64,000 nt of DNA, taken from the NCBI GenBank assembly GCA_045540515.1, contig JAZQHJ010000173.1, positions 6,347 through 70,346 on the forward strand, given 5' to 3'. Source of the DNA: Eubacteriales bacterium (GTDB taxonomy: Bacteria; Bacillota; Clostridia; Oscillospirales; CAG-272). The notes under the pieces were generated by a model that saw only the letters and a list, made by a program, of their open reading frames with translations, ran no database searches and had not been told where the DNA came from. Positions 17,114-27,038 of this stretch are shown piece after piece (positions within the stretch are counted from its first letter, which is position 1; every line of letters starts with the position of its first letter). A program made the translations under genes and the position numbers.

Positions 17114-19342
17114 TTAGATACAGCAGTGGAAGGTTCTTGAAATAACCTCGTCCTGTTGCTCCTTGGTTAGCTTAATGAAGTTTACAGCATAGCCAGAAAC
17201 TCTGATAGTGAGCTGTGGGTATTTTTCAGGATGCTTTTGAGCATCAAGAAGTAGCTCTCTGTCAAATACGTTTACATTTAAGTGGAAGCCACCCTTTTGT
17301 GAATAGCCATCAAGCAGAGCAACGAGGTTGTCTGTTTGCTCCTCTGGAGTTTTTCCAAGAGCACTTGGAACAATTGTAAAGGTATTTGAAATGCCGTCCT
17401 GTGAATCCATAAATGGAATCTTTGCAACTGATGCCATTGATGCAACAGCACCATTTGTATCTCTGCCGTGCATAGGGTTAGCACCTGGTGCAAATGGCTC
17501 GCCCTGCTTTCTGCCGTCAGGAGTTGAGCCTGTATTCTTACCATATGCCACGTTTGAGGTAATTGTAAGGATTGAGGTTGTGTGAATACCGTCTCTGTAT
17601 GTGTGGTTCTGACGAAGGTAGTCAATGAAGGTGTGTAGAACCTCCTTTGCAATTGAGTCAACCCTGTCATCATCATTACCGTATTTAGGGAAGTCTCCCT
17701 CAGTAATATAGTCAGTAACTATGCCACGTTCGTTTCTTACAACCTTAACCTTTGCGTACTTAATTGCCGAAAGTGAGTCAGCAACAACGCTAAATCCTGC
17801 AATACCAGTTGCGAACCATCTCTTTACATTCTTGTCGTGAAGAGCCATTTGAAGTCTTTCGTAGCTGTACTTGTCGTGCATATAGTGAATGATATTAAGC
17901 GCATTTACATAAACCTGTGCAAGCCAGCGCATCATATCCTTATATTTTTCCATAACATCGTCATAGTCAAGGTAATCTCCCTCAACACCACGATATTCAG
18001 GACCAACCTGCTCACCTGTTATTTCATCAACGCCACCGTTGATAGCATAGAGTAGGCATTTTGCAAGATTTGCTCTTGCACCGAAGAACTGCATTTCCTT
18101 GCCGATTTTCATAGAGGAAACACAGCACGCAATACCATAGTCATCACCATGTAAGGGACGCATAAGGTCATCATTTTCGTACTGAACGGCATGGTGCTTA
18201 ATTGAAATTTCAGCACAGTATTTCTTGAATTCCTCTGGTAGGTTACAGGACCAAAGCACAGTAAGGTTTGGCTCTGGTGCAGCACCGATATTGTTAAGAG
18301 TATTTAGGAAACGGAAGGAGTTCTTTGTAACAAGAGGACGTCCGTCCGTGCTCATTCCACCAATTGATTCGGTTACCCATGTTGGGTCGCCTGCAAATAA
18401 AGCATTGTACTCAGGAGTTCTTGCAAAGCAAACAAGACGGAGCTTCATAACGAAGTGGTCAATAATTTCTTGAACCTCACTTTCTGTTATGATACCAGCC
18501 TTTAAATCTCTTTCTGCATAAATATCAAGGAAGGTAGAGGTTCTACCAAGTGACATTGCAGCACCATTTTGCTCCTTAACAGCAGCAAGATAGCCAAAGT
18601 AAACGGCTTGAACAGCCTCCTTAAAGGATGAAGCAGGCTTTGAAATATCACAGCCATAGGAAAGAGCCATTTTTTTGAGCATTTCAAGAGCTCTTATTTG
18701 CTCGGAAAGCTCCTCACGTTCACGAATAACGTCAGCGTACATTATGATACGGGTGCCTTCCTTTTTCTTTTGCTTGTCCTCGATTAGCTTATCAACGCCA
18801 TAGAGAGCAACTCTACGATAGTCACCTATAATTCTTCCACGGCCGTATGCGTCCGGAAGTCCTGTGATTATATGGCTTGAACGACATTTTCTCATCTCAG
18901 AGGTATAAACGTCAAAAACACCTGCATTGTGTGTTTTTCTGTGCTCAGTAAAGTATTCAACGACCTCAGGGTCAACCTCATAGCCGTTGTCCTTACAAGC
19001 CTTTGTAGCCATTCTTATACCACCATATGGTTGAAGAGCACGTTTAAGTGGCTTGTCAGTTTGCAAGCCTACAATTTGCTCCTTGTCCTTATCAATATAA
19101 GCGGCAGGGTGTGAGGTGATTGTTGAAATGATTTTGGTGTCCATATCAAGAACACCGCCCTTTTCAATCTCCTCCTTCTTTAATTGACTAACTCTTTCCC
19201 AAAGGTCAAGAGTGTTTTGAGTAGCACCGGTAAGGAAGCTACTATCACCATAATAAGGAGTATAGTTTCTTTGAATAAAGTCTCTTACGTTAATTTCTGT
19301 TTGCCAAGGGCCTTGTACAAAATTTTCCCATCCAATAGGCAT
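17114..19342 (-). CDS. pflB: formate C-acetyltransferase (pyruvate formate-lyase)
   Basis: Glycyl-radical motif RVSGYAVNF near the C-terminus, the catalytic Cys pair in GIACCVS, and a length of 742 aa. Confidence 0.95.
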   Translation of the reverse strand: MPIGWENFVQGPWQTEINVRDFIQRNYTPYYGDSSFLTGATQNTLDLWERVSQLKKEEIEKGGVLDMDTKIISTITSHPAAYIDKDKEQIVGLQTDKPLKRALQPYGGIRMATKACKDNGYEVDPEVVEYFTEHRKTHNAGVFDVYTSEMRKCRSSHIITGLPDAYGRGRIIGDYRRVALYGVDKLIEDKQKKKEGTRIIMYADVIREREELSEQIRALEMLKKMALSYGCDISKPASSFKEAVQAVYFGYLAAVKEQNGAAMSLGRTSTFLDIYAERDLKAGIITESEVQEIIDHFVMKLRLVCFARTPEYNALFAGDPTWVTESIGGMSTDGRPLVTKNSFRFLNTLNNIGAAPEPNLTVLWSCNLPEEFKKYCAEISIKHHAVQYENDDLMRPLHGDDYGIACCVSSMKIGKEMQFFGARANLAKCLLYAINGGVDEITGEQVGPEYRGVEGDYLDYDDVMEKYKDMMRWLAQVYVNALNIIHYMHDKYSYERLQMALHDKNVKRWFATGIAGFSVVADSLSAIKYAKVKVVRNERGIVTDYITEGDFPKYGNDDDRVDSIAKEVLHTFIDYLRQNHTYRDGIHTTSILTITSNVAYGKNTGSTPDGRKQGEPFAPGANPMHGRDTNGAVASMASVAKIPFMDSQDGISNTFTIVPSALGKTPEEQTDNLVALLDGYSQKGGFHLNVNVFDRELLLDAQKHPEKYPQLTIRVSGYAVNFIKLTKEQQDEVISRTFHCCI

Positions 19343-19410
19343 AAAAAATCCTCCCTTAAAAAATTGCGATATCTAATATACTATTATATAAATTAGTATC
19401 TCTTGACAAT

Positions 19411-19439
19411 AATATAACATTATTTAATTTTAAAGTCAA
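19411..19439 (-). promoter_or_regulatory. candidate SigA promoter for pflBA (TTGACT-N17-TATATT on minus strand)
   Basis: The reverse complement reads TTGACT (19439-19434), a 17-nt spacer, then TATATT (19416-19411). It lies about 70 nt upstream of the pflB ATG. Confidence 0.5.
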
Positions 19440-19646
19440 GCAAAATTACGTCTTGTATGCTATTCTTTGTATAAATAGCTAAAAGCAAAATTTAAAATTC
19501 TAAAAACTAGTATAGTTTTTAGAATTTCATTCAAATTGAAAAAATATTCAGATTTTTGGGCAAAAAATAAAACGCACCCTGTAAAGAGTGCATTTTAGAT
19601 ATATCATTTTTGATATAACTGCTAACAAAATTTAGCATACCAAATT

Positions 19647-20576
19647 TTAGAAAAATGGAACAAGGAGTGACATTAAAGGAATGGTCAGCGCCGAAAGTGA
19701 GGTGCCAAGCAAAACAAGTGAGGACGCCGTTTTTTGTCCCTGTCCAAGCATTTCAGCAAAGTTTAGCACCACCGATGCAACAGGACAGGCAAGTATTATG
19801 TAAATTGACCCCTTCAAGGTTGCATCTATTGGAAGTGGGAGCAGAATTAAGAAGGTCACAAGTGGGAATAAAATTTGCTTGATTCCAATAATTAAGTAGT
19901 GCCAAGGATTTGAAAATACGTCCTTTATTGATGAGCAAGCAAGACGCATACCCATAATTAGCATACAAAGAGGGGTTGACATTTTTGCAAGCAGAGTAAT
20001 CATATCATTAAGTAGCGTTGGCAGAGTAATGTCAAATGCAAAGAATGGAATTGCAATCACAAGAGCTATTGTTGCAGGGTTTAAAAGTATCTTTTTTACG
20101 CTTACGTATTTTTTGTCCTGCGAGATAATAAATGAGGCAACGCTCCAACCAAGAATATTCATAGCAAGGGAGTACATTGCCGAAAAGGCGATAGCCTGTG
20201 GATGATTTGGGAACAAGGCCTCCAAAATCGGTACGCCCATAAATGCACCGTTTGCAAGGGTTGTGGCAATTGTGTAAATGCGATATTTTACGTCGGCTGA
20301 CCTTTTCTTAAAGGCAAAATAAAAGCCGAAGAGCCCAAGCAAAAGCAAGGTCAAAACGATTGCAAAGGCAAGGAGCATTTGATAGGTTAAATCCCACGAA
20401 AAATTATTTTTAGTAAGGGAATGGAAAACTAAGCATGGAGAGGAAACGTACATAAGCAATTTTGCAAAGGCAGAAATGCTATCGCCCTTAACAAGCTTGG
20501 TTTTGACAAGTAAAAAGCCTGGTAGGGCATAAAGGAGCATTATGGCGACAACGCCAAGTGCCGTAAAAAATAACAT
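19647..20576 (-). CDS. AEC (auxin efflux carrier) family membrane transporter
   Basis: About 10 hydrophobic segments. The start is set at MLFFTALGVV (ATG 20576), preceded by GGGAGGA. The track's upstream extension lacks an RBS. Confidence 0.6.
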   Translation of the reverse strand: MLFFTALGVVAIMLLYALPGFLLVKTKLVKGDSISAFAKLLMYVSSPCLVFHSLTKNNFSWDLTYQMLLAFAIVLTLLLLGLFGFYFAFKKRSADVKYRIYTIATTLANGAFMGVPILEALFPNHPQAIAFSAMYSLAMNILGWSVASFIISQDKKYVSVKKILLNPATIALVIAIPFFAFDITLPTLLNDMITLLAKMSTPLCMLIMGMRLACSSIKDVFSNPWHYLIIGIKQILFPLVTFLILLPLPIDATLKGSIYIILACPVASVVLNFAEMLGQGQKTASSLVLLGTSLSALTIPLMSLLVPFF

Positions 20577-20728
20577 ATTGTCCTCCCTAAATGATAATTC
20601 ACTATGCAAGTATATTATCACATTAAGTCAAAAAATTCAATAAAAAAATAAAAAAATCACCCCTTAATATTGCAATAAAAAAATCATTGTGCTACAATAA
20701 AACCATATTTTAGTATAAGAGGTGCAAA

Positions 20729-21712
20729 ATGATTAGAATAGGTATATTTGGCTATGGCAACCTTGGACGTGGAGTTGAATGTGCAATAAAGCAAAATGAT
20801 GATATGGAGCTTGTATGCGTTTTCACAAGACGTGACCCTGCCACAGTTAAGATTTTAACCGAGGGAGTGGCTGTTTTAAGGGCTGACGAGGCTTATAAAA
20901 TGGTTGATAAAATCGACGTTATGATACTTTGTGGTGGTAGTGCAACCGACCTACCAGAGCAAACACCATATCTTGCGGGATTGTTTAATGTAGTTGATAG
21001 CTTTGACACCCATGCAAGAATTCCAGAGCATTTTGCAAATGTTGATAAAAGAGCCAAGGAGAGTGGAAAAATCGGAATTATCTCAGTTGGCTGGGACCCA
21101 GGTATGTTTTCACTTAATCGCTTAATTGCAAAAGCAATTTTACCAAACGGTAAGGACTATACCTTCTGGGGTAAGGGCGTTAGCCAAGGACATAGCGATG
21201 CAATAAGAAGAGTTAAGGGCGTAAAGAACGGAAAGCAATACACAATTCCTGTAAAGGAGGCGCTTGATGCAGTAAGGGCTGGTACAAATCCAGAGCTTAC
21301 AACAAGACAAAAGCACAAAAGAGAGTGCTTTGTTGTGCCACAGGAGGGGGCAGACCTTGTGGCAATTGAAAAGGAAATTAAGGAAATGCCAAACTACTTT
21401 GCAGATTACGACACAACCGTGCATTTTATTACCGAGCAGGAGCTTTTGGAAAACCATAGCGGAATCCCACACGGTGGCTTTGTAATCCGTAGTGGAAAAA
21501 CAGGCTGGAATGAGGAAAATACACACATAATTGAGTACAGCCTAAAGCTTGACTCAAACCCAGAATTCACAGCGTCAGTAATTGTTGCATATGCAAGGGG
21601 CGCATATCGTCTAAGTAAGGAGGGACAAAGCGGTGCAAGAACTGTTTTTGATATTGCACCTGCATATATCTTGCCAATGAGCCCAGAGGAGCAAAGACGC
21701 ACAATGCTATAA
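20729..21712 (+). CDS. ddh: meso-diaminopimelate D-dehydrogenase
   Basis: N-terminal Rossmann segment IRIGIFGYGNLGRG, length of 327 aa and overall similarity to Ddh as I remember it. Confidence 0.8.
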   Translation: MIRIGIFGYGNLGRGVECAIKQNDDMELVCVFTRRDPATVKILTEGVAVLRADEAYKMVDKIDVMILCGGSATDLPEQTPYLAGLFNVVDSFDTHARIPEHFANVDKRAKESGKIGIISVGWDPGMFSLNRLIAKAILPNGKDYTFWGKGVSQGHSDAIRRVKGVKNGKQYTIPVKEALDAVRAGTNPELTTRQKHKRECFVVPQEGADLVAIEKEIKEMPNYFADYDTTVHFITEQELLENHSGIPHGGFVIRSGKTGWNEENTHIIEYSLKLDSNPEFTASVIVAYARGAYRLSKEGQSGARTVFDIAPAYILPMSPEEQRRTML

Positions 21713-21800
21713 ATCAAAGGGAGCAGATTTTCTGTTCCTTTTTTGATATTTCAATGCGATTGCAAATATGGTTATAAAGGAATACAGGGCTTTCTTTTTC

Positions 21801-21829
21801 TTGACATAATAATATATTTATGATATGAT
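21801..21829 (+). promoter_or_regulatory. SigA-type promoter TTGACA-N17-TATGAT
   Basis: TTGACA at 21801-21806 and TATGAT at 21824-21829, upstream of the M3 peptidase gene. Confidence 0.6.
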
Positions 21830-21862
21830 TTTCTTTGGAAATAACTAAAATGAGGTGATTTT

Positions 21863-23551
21863 ATGAGCTATGTAAAAATTAAGGATATGGAATATAAAAG
21901 AGTCTTGAAGGAGGACTCAATTGCACTTATAGAAAAATGTATTGCAAAAATTGAAAATGCAACAAGCGCACAGGATTTGCTTGATGCACGAAATGAGTAC
22001 AACAAGGACTCCGAGGTGCTAGGAACTATGGTTCGCCTAGCACACACAAGACTAAACCTAAATAGCCGTGATGAATTTTATGGGCAGGAGATGAACTATT
22101 ATAATAGCGCATTGCCAGAAATTCAAATGTATGACATTAAATTTTCAAAGGCATTCCTTGCATCCCCATATTTAGAGGAGGCAAAAAAGAGCCTTAATCC
22201 TCTCGTTGTTACAATGATGGAGCTTTCCTTAAAAACTACTGACGAACGAATTTTAGAGGAAATGCAACAGGAAAATATGCTAACAACCGAGTATGGAAAG
22301 TTCGTGTCCGAGCTTACCTATAATTTCAGAGGCGAGAGCCTTACTCTTGGTGCATTACGTAAATATATGCAGGACAAGGACAGAGAAACAAGAAAAGAGG
22401 CATACGAGGCACTGGGTAAAACCCTTAGCGAAAACGGTAGCTATATTGATGAGCTGTTTGATAAAATGGTTAAAAACCGTGACAAAATGGCAAAAAAGCT
22501 TGGCTATGAAAATTACGTTGAGCTAGGCTACAATATTATGCAAAGAACCTGCTACGATAAGGAAAAGGTTGCTGTATTCCGTGAAAACGTTCTTTCTGAC
22601 ATTGTTCCTGTTGTGACGGAATTAAAGAATGAAATTGCAAAAAAGCTTGGAATTGATGATTTTAAGCTCTATGATGATAACACCTATTCAGAAAACGACC
22701 CAGCACCAATCCTTGATGCACAGGGGATTTTGGAGGCAGGACGTGAAATGTATCACGAAATGAGCCCCGAAACTAGCGAGTTTATTGATATGATGTTTGA
22801 GTCAGATGCCTTTGACGTTTTGCCACGTCAGGGCAAGTGGACGGGTGGCTATATGACCTCGTTCCCACTTTACAAGCAACCATTTATCTTTGCAAACTTT
22901 AATGGCACAACTGCCGACGTTGACGTAATTACTCACGAGGCAGGACACGCATTTGCCTACTATGTTGGTGCAGACGATATGACTCCGGAGCTTCAGCTAG
23001 GAGGAATGGAAACTGCCGAAACTCACTCAATGAGTATGGAATTTTTTGCATGGAAGTATATGGACAAATTCTTTGGAGAAGGAGCTAGGGCGTACAAGTA
23101 TAAGCATTTATTCAGTGCTCTTGCATTTATTCCTTATGGAACAATAGTTGACTACTTCCAGCAAAGGGTTTATGAAAATCCAGAAATGACACCTGCGCAA
23201 AGGAATGAGCTATGGTGTGAGCTTGAAGCAAAATTCCGTCCTTGGATGAACGCAGACGGCATTGAATACCTAGAAAAGGGCACAAGGTGGCAATATCAAA
23301 ACCACATATTCCAAAGTCCATTTTACTATATTGATTACTGCCTTGCGCAAACAATCGCATTTGAGTTTTTAAAGCTCAGCCTTGAAGATTACGAGGGGGC
23401 ATTAAAGACCTATATTGCACACGCATCAAGAACAGGCAACTACGGAATTACCGACCTTGTAAAAATGGCAGGACTCAAATCACCATTTGACAAGGGAGCA
23501 CTTAGCGAGGTTGCATCCTTCTGCCGTGACCTTCTTAACAAGCTAGCATAA
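21863..23551 (+). CDS. M3 family oligoendopeptidase (PepF-like)
   Basis: Zinc motif HEAGHAF and a length of 562 aa. Confidence 0.8.
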   Translation: MSYVKIKDMEYKRVLKEDSIALIEKCIAKIENATSAQDLLDARNEYNKDSEVLGTMVRLAHTRLNLNSRDEFYGQEMNYYNSALPEIQMYDIKFSKAFLASPYLEEAKKSLNPLVVTMMELSLKTTDERILEEMQQENMLTTEYGKFVSELTYNFRGESLTLGALRKYMQDKDRETRKEAYEALGKTLSENGSYIDELFDKMVKNRDKMAKKLGYENYVELGYNIMQRTCYDKEKVAVFRENVLSDIVPVVTELKNEIAKKLGIDDFKLYDDNTYSENDPAPILDAQGILEAGREMYHEMSPETSEFIDMMFESDAFDVLPRQGKWTGGYMTSFPLYKQPFIFANFNGTTADVDVITHEAGHAFAYYVGADDMTPELQLGGMETAETHSMSMEFFAWKYMDKFFGEGARAYKYKHLFSALAFIPYGTIVDYFQQRVYENPEMTPAQRNELWCELEAKFRPWMNADGIEYLEKGTRWQYQNHIFQSPFYYIDYCLAQTIAFEFLKLSLEDYEGALKTYIAHASRTGNYGITDLVKMAGLKSPFDKGALSEVASFCRDLLNKLA

Positions 23552-23667
23552 AGACTAAATATAAAAAAGCAGTAGGACCAAAGCCTTACTGCTTTTTGTT
23601 TAAGACAAAGCCCTTTATCCCTTTTGTGAATAAAATACTGCTTTCATTTTAAATCTGCATAAATAAA

Positions 23668-23700
23668 ACAAAAAACCAACCCAGTCGGGTTGGTTTTCTT
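23668..23700 (-). terminator. rho-independent terminator of mscL
   Basis: Minus strand: stem AACCAACCC/GGGTTGGTT followed by TTTTTTGTTTT. Confidence 0.7.
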
Positions 23701-23706
23701 TTACTT

Positions 23707-24339
23707 TTATTTGCTTTCGATAGCAACAAGAATCTTTTTGAGTAAATCCTCAGCTGTTGGATTTGCCTCTCTTTCAGCCCTTGCAGCCTCCTCAGCTGCC
23801 TTTGCCTCTTCCTCTGCCTTCTTTGCTTGAATATCACGATATGTAGCAACATCAGCCTTGTCTCTTGGGTTAAGTCCCTGAGCCTTCATTTCAGCCTTTT
23901 GCTCCTTTGTGAGCTTTCCAGCCTTAGCCTTTTCGCCATTTTCCTTTAAGTTGTTAATTGTTCTAACAATAATAAAGAGAACAAGTGCGATTAGAAGGAA
24001 GTTGATGATTGCGTTAATGAGTGAGCCCCAGTCAATGTAGATTGAGTTTGCAAGGTCAATCTCTGTTGTGTAAACTGCGTTACCAAGAGAATCAACCACT
24101 GCGTTTCCGTCTGCATCAAGAGCAGGTAGGTAAGCAACCTTTAAGAAGGTAAAGAGCTCTGTAAGAGCATCCTTGCCAAGAATGAGGGCAAGAACCCAGT
24201 TAATGATTGGCTTTAAAACGAAATTGCTAAGTCCGTTTACAATTGCAGTAAACGCACCACCAACAATAACGCCGACAGCCATGTCAAGAACGTTGCCACG
24301 AGTGATAAATTTTTTGAATTCTGCAAAAAACTTTTTCAT
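23707..24339 (-). CDS. mscL: large-conductance mechanosensitive channel, long form with extended loop and K/E/A-rich C-terminal tail
   Basis: The N-terminus FAEFKKFITRGNVLDMAVGVIVGGAF is the MscL signature. At 210 aa it is longer than the canonical size of about 140 aa. Confidence 0.85.
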   Translation of the reverse strand: MKKFFAEFKKFITRGNVLDMAVGVIVGGAFTAIVNGLSNFVLKPIINWVLALILGKDALTELFTFLKVAYLPALDADGNAVVDSLGNAVYTTEIDLANSIYIDWGSLINAIINFLLIALVLFIIVRTINNLKENGEKAKAGKLTKEQKAEMKAQGLNPRDKADVATYRDIQAKKAEEEAKAAEEAARAEREANPTAEDLLKKILVAIESK

Positions 24340-24451
24340 TTTTGTCTCTCCTTGTTTTTGAATTTCCTTGATAAATACATTATATATTTATAAATTGGCT
24401 TTGTCAAGTATTAAGGACTATCAAAAGATAGCCCTTAGTTATTTTATTTAA

Positions 24452-24703
24452 TTAGTCCTTAAATACGCCTGTGAATTTTAGGATTGAGAAAACTATACCT
24501 GCTGTGCAGTAGAGACCAACAATAGTAGAAATAATCCACATAAGCACGTTGACAAGTTCAATGCCTAAAAGACCAAGAAGTGTAGAAGCGATGCTTAATA
24601 CAACACCAACAAGAACATAAATTACAAGCTGAATTACGAAAGGCTTAACAACCTTTTTCTCAAGCTTGAATGCGTTTGGCCAAAACTTCTTTAGAAAATC
24701 CAT
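24452..24703 (-). CDS. small two-helix membrane protein
   Basis: An 83-aa ORF with two long hydrophobic segments. No family was recognised. Confidence 0.4.
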   Translation of the reverse strand: MDFLKKFWPNAFKLEKKVVKPFVIQLVIYVLVGVVLSIASTLLGLLGIELVNVLMWIISTIVGLYCTAGIVFSILKFTGVFKD

Positions 24704-24839
24704 AATAGTTCTCCTTTCAAATATGTAAGAAGTTGAGCTTCCTCAACAAAACATATTGTAGCAAAAAATATGCAGTTTTTCAAGACTATATTACAAAAAA
24801 ATCAAATTTTAATAAAATATTTATAAAACATTCTTATAG

Positions 24840-24868
24840 TTGACTATTTTTTATATAAAGTGTATAAT
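24840..24868 (+). promoter_or_regulatory. SigA-type promoter TTGACT-N17-TATAAT
   Basis: TTGACT at 24840-24845 and TATAAT at 24863-24868. It would give a leader of about 115 nt before ATG 24989. Confidence 0.6.
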
Positions 24869-24988
24869 ATAAGAAAATCCTCTTAAATAAGGATAAAAAA
24901 CTACGAAAATTAAGGAATTTTGCTAGTGAACAACCACCGTAAGGGCGGAAAACCAAAGCAAAATCGCAATAAAAAGGGCAAGATAGTA

Positions 24989-26887
24989 ATGCTATATCAG
25001 ATTAAAAACGGAGCTGTTGAGCTCGGTGGAAAAACAATTTTAAGCCATATTGACTTTGAAATAAGGGACACGGAAAAAATTGCAGTTGTAGGTCGAAATG
25101 GCTGTGGAAAAACCACACTTTTAAGGCTTATAAACGGCGAATATGACCTAATCAAGGCTGAAAATACAATTTTTGCAAAAAACGGAAGGATAACTATTGG
25201 CTATCTTAGTCAAGGTGCATTTGATGACTATTCAATTACGGTTGATGAGGAAATGCAAAAATCCTTTGCTCATATTTTTGAAATGAGGGCAAAAATAGAC
25301 ACTCTTATTGCTAAAATTGAAGAAACGGGCGACGTTTGTGACATTGAACGTCTAACCCTTTTGCAAGAGGAATTTGAAAAAATCGGTGGCTATTACTACG
25401 AAAAGGACTACAATTTGCTTTTCTTCAAATTTGGATTTAAAAGGGAGGACAAGCAAAGACCCCTTTCGGAGTTTTCGGGTGGACAGCTTACAAAGCTTGC
25501 CTTTGTGAAGCTACTTTTACAAAAGCCCGATGTTTTGCTCCTCGATGAGCCAACAAACCACCTAGATATAGAAACAACCGAGTGGCTTGAGGGCTATTTA
25601 AGGGACTATCGTGGTGCAATTGTGCTAGTTTCGCACGACAGACGCTTTATTGATAGGATTTCTGACGTTGTATATGAGATTGAATATGGAAAAACCAAAA
25701 GATATGTTGGTAATTACACAAGCTTTGTAAAGCAAAAGGATGCCGATTATGACAGGCAAATGAAGGAATACAAGGCACAGCAGGCAGAGCTTGCAAGGCT
25801 GAATGCCTTAATTGAACGATTCAGAGATACGCCAACAAAGGTGGCAATGACGGACTCAAAGCTAAAGGCAATTGAGCATATGGAGATAATTGAGGAGCCA
25901 AGACGCTTTGACACGGCAAGCTTTAAGGCAGAATACACCCCAAAACGAGCCACAGGTAAGGACGTTTTAATGGTAAACAACCTAAAAATCGGTTATAGTG
26001 AGCCCCTTTGCACAGTGGATTTTAAGCTTTACAAAAACCAAAGAATAGGCATAATCGGACCAAACGGAATAGGAAAGTCCACTCTTGTAAAAACCCTAGT
26101 TGGCGAGCTTGCTCCCCTTGGTGGTAGCTTTATGCTTGGCTACAATGTTGACGTGGGCTACTATGACCAAAAAATGATGGTTATGGATAGCAAAAAGACG
26201 GTTCTTGATGAGCTTTGGGACGAATTTCCAAGCCTTACACAAACACAGGTAAGAAATGCACTTGGAGCCTTTATGTTTACAAAGGACGACGTTTTTAAAA
26301 CGGTTGATATGCTTTCAGGTGGTGAAAGGGTGCGTCTTGCGCTTTGCAAGATATTCCAAAAAAAGCCGAATTTTTTAATTCTTGATGAGCCGACAAACCA
26401 TATGGATATGATAGGAAAGCAGAGCCTTGAAAAAATGCTTTCTGCATTTGAGGGAAGTATTCTTTTTGTGTCACACGACAGATATTTTGTGAACGAAATT
26501 GCAACCTCACTCCTTGTTTTTGAAAGGGATAAGGCAACTCATTTTGACCTTACATATGATGAATATGTAGCTAAAAAAGCCGAGGGAGTGGCTGAAAACG
26601 AGCAAAAGCCACAAAGGGAAGAGCCAAAAAAAGAGCAAACAAAGGCTGAAAGGAGCTACATTCAGGGCAAGGAAAGGGCAAGAGCAACAAAAAGACTTGA
26701 AAAAATAAACGCAAGGCTTTTAGAGCTTGATGAGCAAATTGCCACAAAAAGGGCAGAGCTTTCCCACCCCGATACCGCTACAAATTACGTTCGACTTTGT
26801 GAGCTAAACGAGGAAATAGAGGTGCTTGAAAATGAGATGCTTGCTCTTATGGAGGAGGCAGAGGAGCTAGAAGGGCTTCTTGCCTAA
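24989..26887 (+). CDS. ABC-F family ATPase (two ABC domains, C-terminal coiled coil)
   Basis: Walker A GRNGCGKTT and GPNGIGKST, signatures LSGGQ and LSGGE, and no TM domain. The alternative in-frame TTG start at 24920 would add a basic 23-aa extension. Confidence 0.85.
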   Translation: MLYQIKNGAVELGGKTILSHIDFEIRDTEKIAVVGRNGCGKTTLLRLINGEYDLIKAENTIFAKNGRITIGYLSQGAFDDYSITVDEEMQKSFAHIFEMRAKIDTLIAKIEETGDVCDIERLTLLQEEFEKIGGYYYEKDYNLLFFKFGFKREDKQRPLSEFSGGQLTKLAFVKLLLQKPDVLLLDEPTNHLDIETTEWLEGYLRDYRGAIVLVSHDRRFIDRISDVVYEIEYGKTKRYVGNYTSFVKQKDADYDRQMKEYKAQQAELARLNALIERFRDTPTKVAMTDSKLKAIEHMEIIEEPRRFDTASFKAEYTPKRATGKDVLMVNNLKIGYSEPLCTVDFKLYKNQRIGIIGPNGIGKSTLVKTLVGELAPLGGSFMLGYNVDVGYYDQKMMVMDSKKTVLDELWDEFPSLTQTQVRNALGAFMFTKDDVFKTVDMLSGGERVRLALCKIFQKKPNFLILDEPTNHMDMIGKQSLEKMLSAFEGSILFVSHDRYFVNEIATSLLVFERDKATHFDLTYDEYVAKKAEGVAENEQKPQREEPKKEQTKAERSYIQGKERARATKRLEKINARLLELDEQIATKRAELSHPDTATNYVRLCELNEEIEVLENEMLALMEEAEELEGLLA

Positions 26888-26932
26888 TTAAAGCTGGTTC
26901 AAACACATTATATTTGTGATAATTTTAAAAGA

Positions 26933-26956
26933 AAGCAGACTTTGTCTGCTTTTTTG
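26933..26956 (+). terminator. rho-independent terminator
   Basis: Stem AAGCAGAC/GTCTGCTT with loop TTT, followed by a T-run. Confidence 0.75.
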
Positions 26957-26957
26957 T

Positions 26958-26986
26958 TTGACTTTGCTATTTTCGTATGCTATACT
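26958..26986 (+). promoter_or_regulatory. SigA-type promoter TTGACT-N17-TATACT for the GH95-GH31-GH92 block
   Basis: TTGACT at 26958-26963 and TATACT at 26981-26986. Confidence 0.6.
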
Positions 26987-27038
26987 GAAACTGTAATAAT
27001 TTAGCAAATATGATGCCATACAGGAATGAGGTACAAAA

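Noticed and set aside
23649-23852. A minus-strand 67-aa, highly basic ORF (RRQRKRQRQLRR).
   Set aside because: It is out of frame with, and overlaps, the K/E/A-rich tail of mscL and its terminator. It is a frame artefact of the GAA/GCA-rich sequence.
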